DNA of 64,000 bases from Sphaerodactylus townsendi (taxonomy: Eukaryota): positions 56,048,001 to 56,112,000 of the forward strand of contig NC_059430.1 in assembly GCF_021028975.2 (NCBI RefSeq), written 5' to 3'. A model generated the notes under the pieces. That model was not told where the DNA came from and did no database searches. It saw only the letters and a program-made list of their open reading frames with translations. Of the stretch, positions 49,901-64,000 are shown piece by piece. Positions within the stretch are counted from its first letter, which is position 1. Each line of letters opens with the position of its first letter. Position numbers and translations under genes: made by a program.

Positions 49901-50758
49901 TTTTGTGAAACTATTAGTGTTTGTTTTGCTGTTTCCTACAGTATTACTTTTTCCTGTTAAGGTTTCAGTTTTGTTCACTTGACCAAGTTGTTTTAGAAGG
50001 TCAAGATAGAGGAAGTTTAAAAGGCACATGAAAGTTTCCCTGGGAGCTGAGGGAGCCTATGAACTGAAGGGAGTGGACACTCCACTCCCCACTAGGGGAA
50101 GAAAGAACAACCTAGTTTCATCCTCCTAAAATGATTGGAAGATGAGTACCTAAATGTACTAGAATGTCCTCCTCATTCTTAAGCAAAAGGAACCTTCACA
50201 GTAAGTTCAACATTGTGCTTTTGTGTTCCAGGATAGCTCTTTTTGATGAAAAGGAGAAGTAGAGTGCTTCGCCTAGATACCAGAAATATTTCAACCTATC
50301 TAAACCGACTTCTAGTTAAGTGTAAATGTTATGAGTTTGCCTGAGCTTCAGTACTTTCTCGGCTGCTGGAATAAAAACTATCTGCAGTGTGGCTGAGGAA
50401 TCCTAAGTGAGTAATTTGCCATTGTTGTTTTTCTGGTGAAACATTTGCAAGTAAATTATTTAGCCTGAAAATAGATTATATGTGGCTAGAAACACTGCAC
50501 CTTGAACAGAAAGAGTGCTTCTTAGAGAATCAAAAAGATTACCCTCATGGAACTTGGTTGCTAAATAACTGGCTATACAAGCTTGGAAGTCACCCTCTCT
50601 AATAGACACCAATGACTGGGTAATGGCATATGTCAGAATTAGCTTCTTGAGAGTGATTACCATATGAAGAAATTCCTTGCATATATTTAATTTCATATTG
50701 GATACCTTTCTGAAGCGCAAATCAGCAGTTGTTATTTCCTGATATATTCTCTCATGTC

Positions 50759-51024
50759 NNNNNNNNNNNNNNNNNNNNNNNNNNNNNNNNNNNNNNNNNN
50801 NNNNNNNNNNNNNNNNNNNNNNNNNNNNNNNNNNNNNNNNNNNNNNNNNNNNNNNNNNNNNNNNNNNNNNNNNNNNNNNNNNNNNNNNNNNNNNNNNNNN
50901 NNNNNNNNNNNNNNNNNNNNNNNNNNNNNNNNNNNNNNNNNNNNNNNNNNNNNNNNNNNNNNNNNNNNNNNNNNNNNNNNNNNNNNNNNNNNNNNNNNNN
51001 NNNNNNNNNNNNNNNNNNNNNNNN
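50759..51024. other. Assembly gap (N run)
   Basis: Run of N. Confidence 1.
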
Positions 51025-52335
51025 TTCCTGCTTGTTCGAATGTAGATATGTGATGGCCTGGTTGTCCCCTCTCCAGGTTTTCTAATGGAAAAAAATGGCC
51101 AGTTTGCAGTAGCATTGGGGGGGGGGGAATCCTCTTATGACATATTTTTTCCTTTAAAAAACTTGTCTTACAAAGATACCAGTTCTATGGTAGCATAAGG
51201 CACAGTAGTTTGCATCTGTTTCTCAAGTATTGGGTATATTTGTGGCTTTTCCTACAGAAAATGAAGATATTGGTGATTTTAAATTGTACAAATAGTACAA
51301 TTTTATATGCAACATAAATAATAAATTTTGTGTTTAAATCAGTAAAATAAACTTTGGTTTGTTAGGAAAGTATTATTCATTTATATAGGAGTACTGACTC
51401 AAGGTCTCAAGTTCTCTAGCTTGTTCTTTTCTCCTCTTGTGGAATGAAATCAAATTACGATTTATTATGATGTCAGAATTAAACACATGCAGGACTGGAA
51501 TCCTGGCTTGTAAGCAAGGAACAAATTACAATTTGTTTGCTTATATGAGCTGGAGGGACCTTAAAATGGGAATAGATGTCTGAAATCTAGGTCCCAGAGA
51601 CTCCTTTTCAGTTGCTGTCCGTACGTAAGACAAATCCATTAAGAATACAAAAGTTGGGTTGTATGAACTTGAGTTGTGTTTACTGAATAGTTAAACATTG
51701 TAAATAAAACATCAAACTCTTACTTTAAAAAGTGCTAGGACTTCTGTGAAGTGAATACCTTTTACATTTATGTATTGGTGAATTTGACATGTTACTATGG
51801 AACATCTTTGACTTGTAGATCAAGTGTCACCAAGGCACTTAGGATTGCCAAATGGCCTGGAGAAAATGTTGTATCCCTTTAATAGATGCTTAATGTTGGG
51901 TATAGGTAGTTGAGGGTTTTCATGGCATCTCATTAAAGAGAAGTGATCAGGCTTATTCTACTTTGATCTTGTGAAATCCTAGATCAGTTAATCTCAATTT
52001 GTGATTTTCTGTTAGAAAAACATGGAAGATTTGTGTGACTACGATCTACTTGGATGATTCAACTTGTTTCTGCTTGACTCTGGCTGGATATGCAGGTCTT
52101 GATTGAATTGGGGGATAGCGAGACCATGCCCCCTTGTGTTGGTCAGTGTTCCAAGATAATATACTAGAGTTACTTTTCTGTATCAAGCAGGTATTTGATG
52201 AAGTGAATCCATAACTTGTTTGGAGTAAAGTTGTCCTTAGCAAATCTTGTATGTAGTTTCAGGGTATTCTTAGAAAGAAGTTGGGCAGAGAGACGGCAAA
52301 GACCTCTCCACACCCAGACATGGAATGACACTGGC

Positions 52336-52698
52336 AACCTGTTGCAATGAAATGGCCACAACTTTATTGGTACAGCATGAAGCAATGATCCCAATATCAG
52401 CTAACCCACCTGCTGGCTGATGTACTCCACCCCAGTCACCTTGTGGATTGGGGAAGATCATATGGGCTGGTAGATTTTGGATTCCAAATGGGCTCCAACC
52501 ACTGTGTGGTGTCCCCTGCCACTTGGAGTGAGGGTCTCTTAAAAGTCCCCAAGCTGAGCATATTCCCATACGCCCTCACCCCCAAATCCTTTCCCCCCCA
52601 ATGTAGAAATATTAGGGCATTGGAATAAAACCATGCTGTTCCAAGGCCCTGTCAGCTGCTTTACCAATAAAGTTGTGGCCATTTCATTCCAACAGGTT
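52336..52698. mobile_element. MITE-like element with 37-bp inverted ends
   Basis: aacctgttg(c/g)aatgaaatggccacaactttattggta inverted at 52336-52372 and 52662-52698; superfamily not assigned. Confidence 0.65.
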
Positions 52699-53129
52699 AG
52701 AGAAACAGATTCGCACATCTACTGAGAGTGCTGACTTCCATTTTGAATATTATCCTCTTTTTCAAATTTGGCTAATCTGGCCATACTGACTAATACTTCT
52801 GTATCCTATAGGTTGGTCTATTAAAACATACTGAATTGGGAAGCTTCAGATGATACAGAATTTTCATCATTTGGGTTGAACTTTTTTGTGAACACATTTT
52901 TATAGTCATGAAACCACTAAGCTGATCACTGTGTGCTTCTGGCTAAGTTCAAGGGGGGCTAGCTGTGTGTGAACTAGGGCACTCCCTGCCCCTGAAAAAT
53001 AAGTTTTTTCACAAAGTTTTACTGTCAGGCACTCAGAAAACTATATGTATTTCAAAAAGTTTCTCTATTGCCATTTTATACTTTTAAAATATCATGTTTA
53101 CTATAAACTTTTGCTTGCTGTGATAATCA

Positions 53130-54341
53130 TGCGTACTCCCAACTCACTAGGTGAGTATCATTTCAACATTATCTTTCTATCACAAATATACAAAAAATTT
53201 TTACTGGTAAGTACACCGTCAGGTATGGCTATAAAACCTCTAGATTAGGTTTTTATTTCGGCAGTCCTTTGTCAAGCCAATCTGAAATGTACAAATACAG
53301 GTGTCAATATATAAAAGTCTATCTAACCCTTTCATTTTCATATAATTAACAAAAACCCAAAGATCCATCCCATATGCACTTACAATTGTTGTACAAAGTA
53401 TTCTTTTCCTTACTCCTCTAGGAGCACAACTGTTTTTTCTTACGCTATATAAAAATAAAACATTCATATTATTCAATATTGAACCTAAATTTTCATATAA
53501 ATAATAATACAACACTTTTCATTGTAAAAATTCACCTACATAGTTTCCAAACTGAATTTCAAATTTCACTTGAATGGCTCTTCTTCTATAAGAGCAAACA
53601 AAAGGGGGGAAGAGAGAAAAAGATGAAGAATAAATTCAAAATATATTTGTTCTAAGCTTTTTCAAAAGTAATCAAATGCCTTTCAAAATATATAAGTACA
53701 CTTACTAAATAGTTCTTCTCTCTGGATATCAGGATCTCATGTGAGAGCATAATACAAGGAAGTTTCCACAGTATATACTGGTTAATTGTTCCCAGCTGTG
53801 GTACCAGCTGTAATTATAGAAATGCTGAGTAGTCAATTGCAGAATTGAGTCCTTGTGGGGATGTTGTTCCTAATTCAAAAATCAGCCTTGTCTCTTTTTG
53901 TTTTAATTTTCTTCTTATATCTATTGAACAACCCCCCGTAGCAATTGTTTCTATTACTGTAAATTTCAGGGATTCAGGTGAGTGGTTGTTTGCCAAAAAG
54001 TGGTCCACCAGAGGAGCTCCTTGTACTTTGTTGCGTATTCTTGATAGATGTTCCAAAATTCTAACACGTATTTCCCTAGATGTTTCCCCTATATACAAGA
54101 AGTTGCATTCATACTTGATTATATATATCACATTCTTTGTTCTGCATGTGGAAAAATGCTTCAATGTTTTGAACCACCCTCTGTCTGGGAAGCTAATCAC
54201 CTTACATTCCCATGCATATTTACACAATATGCAATGGTGACATTTGAAATGACCTGTGGTGACCGGTACTTTCATGGTCCTCCCACCAATATCTGCTTTT
54301 ATTAAATGATTTCCCAAAGAACATGTCTTTCTTAGCCCTAG
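53130..54341 (-). mobile_element. Penelope-like (Neptune-type) retroelement 3' fragment with GIY-YIG endonuclease ORF 53814-54317
   Basis: CxxCxxC linker, NVIYIIK..LYIGETSR..RILEH, LVDHF..H, and terminal E..LI..LGT..PQGLN motifs. Confidence 0.88.
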
Positions 54342-55589
54342 GTATTTTAAAAAGTTTATCTATTGCCATTTTATACTTTTAAAATATCATGTTTACTATA
54401 AACTTTTGCTTGCTGTGATAATCAGGCAGTTCAAGCTCTTCGTGACCCTCATATACAGCAACCTGCGCGCTCCTTTTCTCATTTGAAAACCGGGTTCACC
54501 ATTTCACACTGTCTATCAAGACCTGTTGAGTGTCAGATGAGCCCCTTGCACTTGTCAGAAAATTTTCCTGATTAAAAAATATTATTGTTGCTGGTGAGTG
54601 CATTTGTGGCCCTATGAACTATTGCTGTTTTAATTCTGAATTAGTAACTTCAATTTGTAGCTGAGAGTTTAGTTTTTATAGCTAAGAAGCATGTTAATCT
54701 CTGCACTATACTAAAAATGGGTTATTAACAGTTGAATGGCAACATTTTAAACATTGACATCTTGGTTAGAGAGAATGTAAGTATTTCAAGCTGAAAGTGT
54801 ATTTCTGGACCTTGCATACTTTGGGGAAGTAAGGCATTCCATGAGCATATTACATGTCTTTCAGATATGCTCATGTCCAGATTTGCTGACTAAACCATCA
54901 GAATGTTTTCTGGATTTAACAGAAGAATGGGGATCTTTGTTTTGCTCAGCGCCCCAAAGTATTGTCTTTTTTGGTATGCTTACTTTTTAATTTCATGTTA
55001 TAGGTGAAAAAGCCAGGCGTTTTGTTGACTATGTTTATTCTAGTAAATAGGGTGGGGCGTTTCAGCAGAACCTACTTGAATCAGGGCATTTATTATTGTT
55101 TGCTATAAGAACATGCTTTGTCTATAAACAAAAACAAAGAGAACACCTTTGCTTATCAAATAGTTGGGTGTGTTGTGCAAAAGGAAATTAAACCCAGCTG
55201 TTTAAATAAGGCAGTTGCCAACAGCCTGCTGAGATATTTGTGTGTCCGGGTTTCTACAGGTATGTCTCGTCTCCAGCAAATGAAGAAAATAAATTTCCCT
55301 TAGCTTTTTAACTAAAAAAATGGTGAGTGCTACCTATTCAAAAAATTTTTGCTCAGATTTATACGTCTGTGGAGAAGTAAAAAGGCTAATACATTTGATC
55401 TCAATGCTTCTGACAGGAAAGGCAGTTCTGTCTTTCTTCTCTCATGGTTATTTAAATTCTTCAGTTTAATTTTTAAATATTTTTATATAATATAAACAGA
55501 ATAGAAAAGAAAAGAAAAAAATCAAAGCTATGTCCAAGCGACAATTGCAATTACATTCTAAGACAAAGAAAAAGATATACATATAATGC

Positions 55590-55910
55590 TGAAGGCTGTC
55601 ATGGCTGGAATCAACCAGGAATAATTTCTACAATAAGAATGAATGTATTGCGAAAACTACTTTAAAAACATTTCAGATATTACCTATCTATTTACAAGAA
55701 AAAAAACTTTGAAGGAATTGCATGAACACATATGTTCATATGGAATGGCAAAAAGCCAAGAATTAGATTTAAAGTTTTACAAGATGTGAAAAAGAGAGGA
55801 AGACTAGCTATACCTAGTATTAAACTACGTTATCAAGCAGCCAGCCTGGTTTGGATTGTGGACTAGATTAAAAACCAAAACAAAGAGTAATAAAATTAGA
55901 AATGGCAATT
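55590..55910 (+). mobile_element. Decayed L1 ORF2 fragment
   Basis: FQILPIYL and WNGKKPRIRFKVLQDVKKRGRLAIPSIKLRYQAA are L1 post-RT motifs. Confidence 0.7.
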
Positions 55911-57886
55911 GTTCTGTCCTGTTAAGAGAAGCCTGAGATGAAAGTGCAAATTTAGGAAGTGTTGCAAGCTTTTGTTGTGTTAAACTTCACAGTTCTTGCT
56001 AAATATTCTTCACTTGACAAGTAACTTATTTACTGTACCACTGTAGGCCTGCCTGTAGTTGGTTGGGGAGAAAAGACAGAAATATCCATTCTGTTCTGTC
56101 TCCTCTCCAAGATTCCGTGTGTGCTGTCTATTTTTCCATTTTAATATCTGGATTTATTATATTTGGCATGGTTGGGGGTTAAAGGACCGTGAAGACGGAT
56201 CATAAACAGTATTTAAAAACAGGTGGTAATTGCATGTTGAAAGCGTTGGAAGTGTTGCTTAGTTTTCTTCTCACTTAAGCCTAATTGCCACACAAGGAAA
56301 AATAATGTATAAATAGCCATCTGTTGGAAGGATGAGTGGTGTAGCTAATTTAACTGCCTTTCAGTTATACACTTTTTAATCTTGGTGAGGTTAAGTAAAT
56401 ATGTTAGTTAACAGAAAATAGTCATATACGTTCCATATTTTTAGACTATCTGTTATTTTAAGAATTCTTATTCTGCATTCATAGCCTACAGGGTTCCCCA
56501 TTTTTATTGTGCATGGGAGGAAGTGCCTGTTATAATAGGGAGAGCCAAACAATGACACTGCTGATGCCTTTTTCATCCCCATGTGTAAAAGGCTTGTGTT
56601 TCATATAGGTAGTTGTATTTTCACACTCTGAAGCTCTGTCAAAATTTATTTTCCTATTTGTAGACCAGTGGTTCCAAAACTTTTCCAAGCTACCACCCCC
56701 TTGATTCCATAAACTCACTCCAAGTGCCCCTACCCTATAAAAAGAATTATTCAGAATAGCAATTTCCATGACCTACTAAGGAGGAAAAAATAAAATTCAA
56801 AACAGTTACAATTAATTGCACAATTCAAAATCCAATTAAAATATCTTAGTTTAAAATTTTCAACAAAATCTATGAAATTGATCCAGTGATACCAGCTTTT
56901 CAAAATTCTGATCGTCTCCACCAGATTTCTGCACTGTGTAGAGGCCTCTTACCAACATGGTGCCATAGCCAGATCAATTGTAAGCAAGTGAACAATGTGG
57001 TTGAAGCATGTCTTTGCACCCTTTTGCAAATCTCCTGCGCTCATCTCATTTGGCTGATTTTTGTGGGTGTTTGACACATGCTAAACAAAACTGGGCGATT
57101 AGATCCCATCTGCTCAATATCTGCCTCAACTTGAAATATAACCTGTATAACCTTGAAGTAGGGTGGCAGCAGTTGAAGACAATGCTGAGGTGACCAGGGG
57201 CAGCCTTACCTGGTAGAAGCAGGTGGAAGGGATGGCCGGTTTATGGGCCTCCTATTCATTGAATTTCTTGAAATTTAGCTCTTGAGTGGTAAGGGCATAG
57301 ATGTGCATAGATTTGCAAAGGAACAATGGGATTAAGCTCTTTTTCTCATCTCTATTTATTTTATGACCTTTTTGTTGTGAAGAGAAGGCATGTTATCTCT
57401 GCAAACACAAATTCATATTTTTCAGAACTGCAAAATCAAGCATCTGTGATAATATCTTCTAGACAGAAAAATTGCCCAAAATAATCTTACACAGACCTCT
57501 GAAACAGTATGAGATTGTGACTGGATTACTATAAAATTTAAAGACTGCATAGATGTACTGCCTCATGCTACATAATTAAACATTAATCCTTATTTCATGA
57601 TGAATCATTTTAGGCTATAACGTATCTTAAATAGAAAACTATTTAAACTCACTTAAGATAGGTTTTTCCTCAAAAAGCATTTTGTTAAAAAATCCAAGTT
57701 AAATTTAAAAAACTGATTTAATTTTAAAAAATCATTGATTTTTATCTATTCTGATTGTTCTTCACAAGGTCGTTTAGTGACACGGTGTTTGTCTTGGCCA
57801 GTATCACCATTGATTGTCTTCTCTTCCAGTTTGCAGAATGTAAGAACTTTGAGTGAAAGTGAAAGACAGACAACCTCTGCTTCAGC

Positions 57887-57928
57887 ATGGATACTGTTAC
57901 GGTTGACGGGGAGCCTGATAAAGCTTCG
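57887..57928 (+). CDS. OSBPL8: OSBPL8 (ORP8) first coding exon, MDTVTVDGEPDKAS; exon probably starts near 57830
   Basis: 42 coding nt ending at TCG|gtgagt; resembles recalled human N-terminus MEGGLADGEPDRTS; polypyrimidine acceptor ttgtcttctcttccag upstream; synteny with ZDHHC17. Confidence 0.8.
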
Positions 57929-57976
57929 GTGAGTAATTTATATACATGCAAGCTTCATAAGCTAAGGAATCTAGAG

Positions 57977-58149
57977 CAGTGGTCTCCAACCTTTTTTTTA
58001 CTTGTGTACCCCTTGGCAACCCATTTCCCTAAAATTGTATCCCCATATTGGCAAACCCATTACGTAATTTTTTCACATACACCCCCCCCCCCAAAAAAAT
58101 TTTAGTGTTCACCCCTTGGTGTGTATGTCCTCCAGGTTGGGAACCACTG
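57977..58149. mobile_element. hAT-Charlie MITE
   Basis: TIRs cagtggtctccaacc / ggttgggaaccactg with perfect 8-bp TSD ATCTAGAG (canonical NTCTAGAN). Confidence 0.92.
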
Positions 58150-60292
58150 ATCTAGAGCAAGGGATTATTTCCCCCTCCCCCCTCAGTTCCAAGGAGGAAA
58201 AGCTACAGGGCCTACTAAAGGTTTTCCATTTTTTCCTTTTTGTGGAGGAAGGTGAAAACAGTGTCTGTGTTACGAACATTTTAGTTTTTAAATGAAGACC
58301 AAGTAATAAAATGTTAGGTATCTTAAAGATATATGGATAATGTAATATTATAACATTTTAGTTACAGAAACGACAACATCTCCTCTTCAAAGAACCATAA
58401 TAGCTGTCTAGATTCAGCTAGGTTGCTTTTCCAGTTTTTTTTCCCCTTGGTCATTCAAGACTGCATGTTCTTAGGATACGGACAAATTGAGCTGCCTGGG
58501 AGGAAAATGACCTGCAGTGTTGCCAATGAAAAAAGGCACATGATCGGCAATCGCTTCTTCCTGCATCCCCCATCCCCCCGGTTTGATCCAACTTCTCATC
58601 CCCTGTATCGGGGTGGGTGGGTGGGAAGGCCAGACCCAGGCCTGGGTCACATGTGGGTGCATTTTGCACCCCTGGCCCCACTCTCTCCCTCTCTTCCACC
58701 AGTGCCGTATCTCCAAGGACTTGCAGACCTTGCCAACCATCAGCAGCTTCTTAGTTTCATGTCCCTCAGCCGACAGGGGCGAGCCCTCCAGCACCTTGGC
58801 CAGTGGCACCTCAGTGTTGATAGTCATGCTATGCCTTCGATGCCTAGATGCCCATCCTGCTTGCCTGCTTGGCACTTTCTACTTGCCTCCCTCTCCTACC
58901 ACCCTTAGGCCAATGGGCTCACCCTGGGCTGCCCAACCTGGCAGTGAGCTTACAGAGGAGGAGCTGAGCCAGCCCTTCCTCTTGTGTGCTCTAGGCAGGT
59001 GCCAGGCATCAGAGGCTGAAGGGATACCTTCACAGGCACCTTGCCAGACTCCATCACCCCCAGCCCCACCAGGAAGTGAATGTCTTCTGACTGAGGGGAC
59101 TCCTCCAGCCAGCCCCTGTATCTAGAATGGAAGGGGCCAGTCCAGCATTGCAGTGGTCCCAGTCAGACATGCTTTTAACAAACGGTTTGTTGAATTAGGA
59201 GGCGGCACAATGCCTGCACACCGTTTTGTAGCACTTTGCCACTGCCTGTGGTGAAGAAGAGAAAAATGGCCTTTATTTATTGACTTGGGAAAGGGAATTT
59301 AAAAATAGACCAATGAATGATTTACTGCACCTTGGTAGAAGTTCAGTTGGAAAAGTACTGCTCCAGTGTTGGTATTCCGGTATTGCTAACACAAATCTAT
59401 TAAGAATTTCTACTGAAACCTTTATAAAAGAGGAACAAAGTAATACATGATATGTTTTTTTTCTCACATCACATAACCTTTTTTGCACTGTGCAAAACTT
59501 GTGACTCACCCAGCTAACTGCAGCTTCAGGACAGCCCACCACTGACTCACTATATTTCCAGTTCTTTCTGTCAGTCAGTTGGTTTGCGCTTTTTCCTTCT
59601 CTTTCTGCTGCAGTTCTTGCTGCTCTTATGAGCAGAATCAGTCTCTGCCAAACCCCCCCCCCCCCCCCCCCCCGCCTTGCAAAGCAAAGCAGCCATTAAA
59701 ACTGCCAGCTAAATTCAATCTTCCCAGGACACCCTTTCTGTGCAGCAAACAGGACCGCTGGGGGAGGGGCTGGAAATGGGTGTGGTTGATAGGCTCATTC
59801 CTTCTACCTTGAATTCCTTGTCCATGATCTGTCTGCAAGCAACCTGCTCAGAGAACTGGGATTTTTTTAATGTCCTCAGCTTCAGCACAACTCCCCCATC
59901 GTTGAGTGTTTGCATTCAAATGCTTATGTTTGAAAAGGAGAAGAGAGAAAAAAGAGGGGGGAAATTGCTCCACCTCATTTCTTATAAAAAGCCAGCAATA
60001 CATGGTGGGGAGGCAGCTGGATACACCAGGATTTATGGTCTTTTCCTTGGCTTTCATGCAAGCAGGTGTCTTTGGAACTTCCATTGTCTCAGCCCCTCCC
60101 CCCTGGCTAATAATAGGAGTCTCTGAAATGAAAGATCTATAAGCTTAGCCCTCAAAAACTTCAAATGGGCCTGCCCTTGCTGTTTGTGGCGGGGGGAGGG
60201 TTGGACAGGGAGGAAGTGGCAGCAGATGAATTCACAATTCCACTGATAACTTTTGGTGGGGCAGAGTATAGTCTGTCTTAGTTCTCTCTCCC

Positions 60293-60295
<3 letters not shown>

Positions 60296-60367
<72 letters not shown>
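60296..60367. repeat. (CA)n microsatellite
   Basis: About 35 perfect units. Confidence 0.98.
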
Positions 60368-60369
<2 letters not shown>

Positions 60370-63300
60370 ATATATTGATATGGATATTGACCATTTTCAT
60401 GGAAAGCTATCATTTTGGGGGTATTTGATCAGAGGAAAAATTTGGTGTCTTGTTTTCTGCCCTAGGTTTCTCCCACTGATGTTATGAAGGAAAGTGCTTT
60501 GCATTCATATACTTAGGACCAGATGCCTATATCGTTCATGTCTTTTGAACTCCTTTATCCTTTCAGGAAGATTCCTTTTTTAGTGGTATAAAATAATTTT
60601 TGCCTGTGAATTTTCTGCAGTTGAATAATAGTGTTTGTGAAATGGAGGATCTTGCAGCATTTCGCAACTATTTTCCCTTTTAACATTTCATAACAGATCA
60701 AACTGCTTTAGGACTTCCAGTAAAATGCCAGGGTAAAAAGATTTCAAATAAATCAGATAATGTTCAACCAGATCTGCCCAGGAAGCCATCAGGCTGACCC
60801 TAGGGCTGAGAGTGCACCTCTGGGACAGAAGAAACAGCGCATACCTGATCTTTGGCACTGGGCACACCAACGATCACAGCAGGCCCGTGGAGCCCGCTGC
60901 CTTACCCCCAAGTAGAAGCTGCAGACATGGAGGTTGCAAGACATTCCACCTTGTGCAAGCAAGATTGGGGCATAACGGGAGTGGGGAGGAAGCAGGCAAT
61001 GTGCAACCTCCCCTACTCATGAGTGATCCCGAACCCTGACAGAACGTCTCTCCAATGGATTTTGCTGAATTCCTAAGGAGAACAGGGCGGGATGAGATAC
61101 ATAACTACAGAGACTGTGGTACTGGTCTCTACCAACATCCCAGATTCCACTCCAGATCCCCTCCCAGTGAGAAAGATAATGATAACCTTCAAATATGATA
61201 AACTTCTGTGTCAAAACTCTGGAGCTCTCTAAAGATTCTTGGGGAGGTGAAATAAGCATTTAGAACAACTACTTGCTTCGTTTCAGAGGAATACTCATTA
61301 TGCTGCAAAACAAAAAACCTCCCCATAGCTGATGGTACCTCAGTCTGTTGAGTCATAAGATTTTGTTACAGATACAAAGTGTTGTTGATACAGGTACTAA
61401 GTGCATAGCTGTATGCCTGCAAGGCACGTAGAAAGAAATATTATGACAGTGATATAAGATTACCCTGCAATGTAAGAAAGAGTTGTAAGAATAGAAAAGT
61501 CAATTGAATTGAGTCATATCTACTCCCAACTGGTGATGAGTTGGTATAGCGCTCTAAATAGAGTATATAAATTATAACAAAGGAGCAAAAGAGCCAATTG
61601 CCCACTGAGCCCATATCTGACAGATTCAATCTGCACGCTAGAGCAGGGCTTGATAAATCCCAAGTGCCCAGTGGTCATGTTGACTAGAAACTTCAGTGTG
61701 ACTCCTAGTATTTTCAGCTGTGATTTTATTATATTATGTACAAAGCTTAATTCATAATTTTGCATCAGAATATGTTTGTGGGACATATCCATAAAATTCT
61801 TGTCATTGCCCGTTTATTTGTTAACTTTACATTATTCCAAGGTGACAGATGAATTCATTTCTTAACCAATTGTTTCTTATTCTCGGTGCAATATTCAGTT
61901 AAATGAAGCTTTTAAAAATCAATATTTACGAGCAATTAGGTAGACATGATCTTAGTTATAGTGATGACAACTAGGGTTACCTTATATTTATTTATATTCT
62001 ACAGTTCAATTACAAGAAAATGTGAAGAATCCAGGATTAGGTTCTGTGGTCAATAAAGTTCAAGAATCTGAAGGCTGAAAAATGACCCTTCTGGTTTTGT
62101 GGACTGACTCCTGGAGCCAACGAAAATTTGTCAGGCCTACACTAGAGTGTCTCTTTGAAGTGGGCTTGGGGTTTGGGGGGGGAGGGGCTGAATGGCAACT
62201 TTCCAAATTATAGAACGTCCAGTAAGGCTGAACTGTTATTTCACTGGTCTCTGAGTATTAGCGTTTTTAATATCTATTTATACTCTCACATGGAGACAGT
62301 CCATTTCAGCCCAGATAAGTGTTAGAAGGGCATTGCTGGCATTCTAGAGAGATTCATGTATGTGCCCAATAAATATGCCCAACTTCCACTATTCTGCAGC
62401 CTGTATATTTTGTTTAACTGATAAAGTTACAGTGATAAAAGTAAGGTATAAAAATGAAAAAGAAAGGAAATCTTGCCTGTAAAAAATTTCATATACCTTT
62501 AATTCCAGAGTTAAAACTGTGTAAAACTGTCAGTATAAAAAGGCAGTTTATTTGTGAACATGAGATAACAAAAGCGAGCCTCAGTATCCTTGTATGTCAA
62601 CCTATTGCTTAGGAGCACCTTGAAAGTGATTAGCTGTTCAGTGCTGAAATATTTACATAGTTGCCATTGCAATGATCTTGATTCTATCTGCTTCACTCAG
62701 CTTTCCTGCTTCAGTGTTTCTGTTACTGGCATCTGTTCCATTGTATAAGGTTGATTGAAGTAATAGTGGCTAGACTCTCTTAGGGCTGTGTTTCATCAGG
62801 TAAGTACCTATCAATCTGATAATGGTATTGTAAAACTATTTATGCTTAAGATACTATAGTTTTATTATCTTTTTGTCTCCAAAACCTTGACTATGAAATA
62901 TAACAAGATGTCATTCTGGTTATGGGTTCAGAAATAGTTTTGTTGTTCCATTCTGCTCCCCACCACCCCGCCTCTCTACAATTGTGAAGTAAAATTGAGT
63001 CTCTTTTAGAAACATCCTATAAACCCTAAAATTATGTGATGCCAATTTCAGTCTGTCCTTTATTTCTTGCAATAGCTTTTTTGTCTGCATCTAAACATTT
63101 TGGATACTCATACAGTTTATTTTATTGTTAAGGAATGTACCAACAGAAAATACAGGCTTTAAAAAAGGAAACGGCAAAATTATCTTCGGCCTCTTTTCAA
63201 TCAAATGGAACCCTGCTTCCAATATATTTACTGGTTACATCCATCTTACTCCTTCTCTTTTAAAAGAAAATGATTCTGGTAGAGCAACCTTCTTCACCTT

Positions 63301-64000
63301 TTTGTTAATTGCCAGTATCCCCATTGATGCTCCATTTTAGTGCATTTTTTCCCTTACTGTTTGAGATTATCTTAGTTTTGTTAAATGTTCATTTCAACTT
63401 TCCAACACAGGGAAGATGGATTTGAAATACATGTTACCTGTTTCTTGAGGAACAGTTTTGAAAGCTTGGGAACTTTAAATTCAGATGCAAGTCTTACTTT
63501 AAATTACTGGAGACCAAGTAATTTATTTCTTAGAAAAATGTTACAGCGATATTTTGCATGATAGCATAAATGCTCTAGTATATATTTAACTGCTTGGAAT
63601 AATCTGTTGATACGCTCATGTAGCTTCTTATTAAAAATTCCCTTCTGTGAGTGTTCATAGAAATTCTGGTTTACTAACTACCAATTTATCTTGGAATAGT
63701 AAAATACCACAAAGCAGATTCATGCTTATGATGAGTATTTTACAATACCCAAATTCTGAAAGCTTGAATACAAAGAGCTTGACATGAAGTGAAATTTTTC
63801 TCTGAAACAGGTGTTTCCCACATCTTTTGCATATTGATTAACAACTTTGTTCATTTATAAAATTACTATTTTTGTTAAACAACAAAACTGTTTTGAACAG
63901 AACATAATAATTACTAATCATGAACACTTTTGATATTCATCTTTATTTTTCTATTCCATGAACATCAGATAAACAGTCTCCAAATCCATATTTTTCATCA

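Noticed and set aside
50729-51115. ORFs spanning N runs (also 25093-25425)
   Set aside because: Artefacts of assembly gaps.
58423-59125. 130-180 aa ORFs in the OSBPL8 intron as further exons
   Set aside because: No similarity to the ORP8 sequence as I recall it and no convincing splice signals; probably a decayed GC-rich repeat.

Overview
Vertebrate genomic DNA from a squamate reptile (repeat content suggests a gecko), with two assembly gaps. Two host genes lie head-to-head. ZDHHC17 (HIP14 palmitoyltransferase) is on the minus strand, with coding exons 1-4 at 35860-35922, 14320-14423, 11593-11715 and 1080-1157, continuing past the left edge. OSBPL8 is on the plus strand, with a CpG-island non-coding exon 1 at about 44130-44375 and its first coding exon ending at 57928. 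The rest is intron and intergenic DNA rich in transposable elements: two full-length but frameshifted DIRS1-type tyrosine-recombinase retrotransposons with intact ITR/ICR ends (one carrying a nested CR1 that itself carries a solo LTR), an internally deleted Gmr1-like Gypsy element with a SCAN-type gag and tRNA-Ala primer site, an L1 with a 15-bp TSD, two Penelope-like remnants (one with a hammerhead motif, one with a GIY-YIG ORF), CR1/L2/RTE fragments, 5S- and tRNA-derived SINEs, and hAT, Harbinger and mariner MITEs. No CRISPR array, rRNA gene or tRNA gene was found. I found no clearly new biological system; the best leads are mechanistic footprints of the elements and promoter-proximal oddities. 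Gene identities rest on recalled human protein sequences, not a database search.
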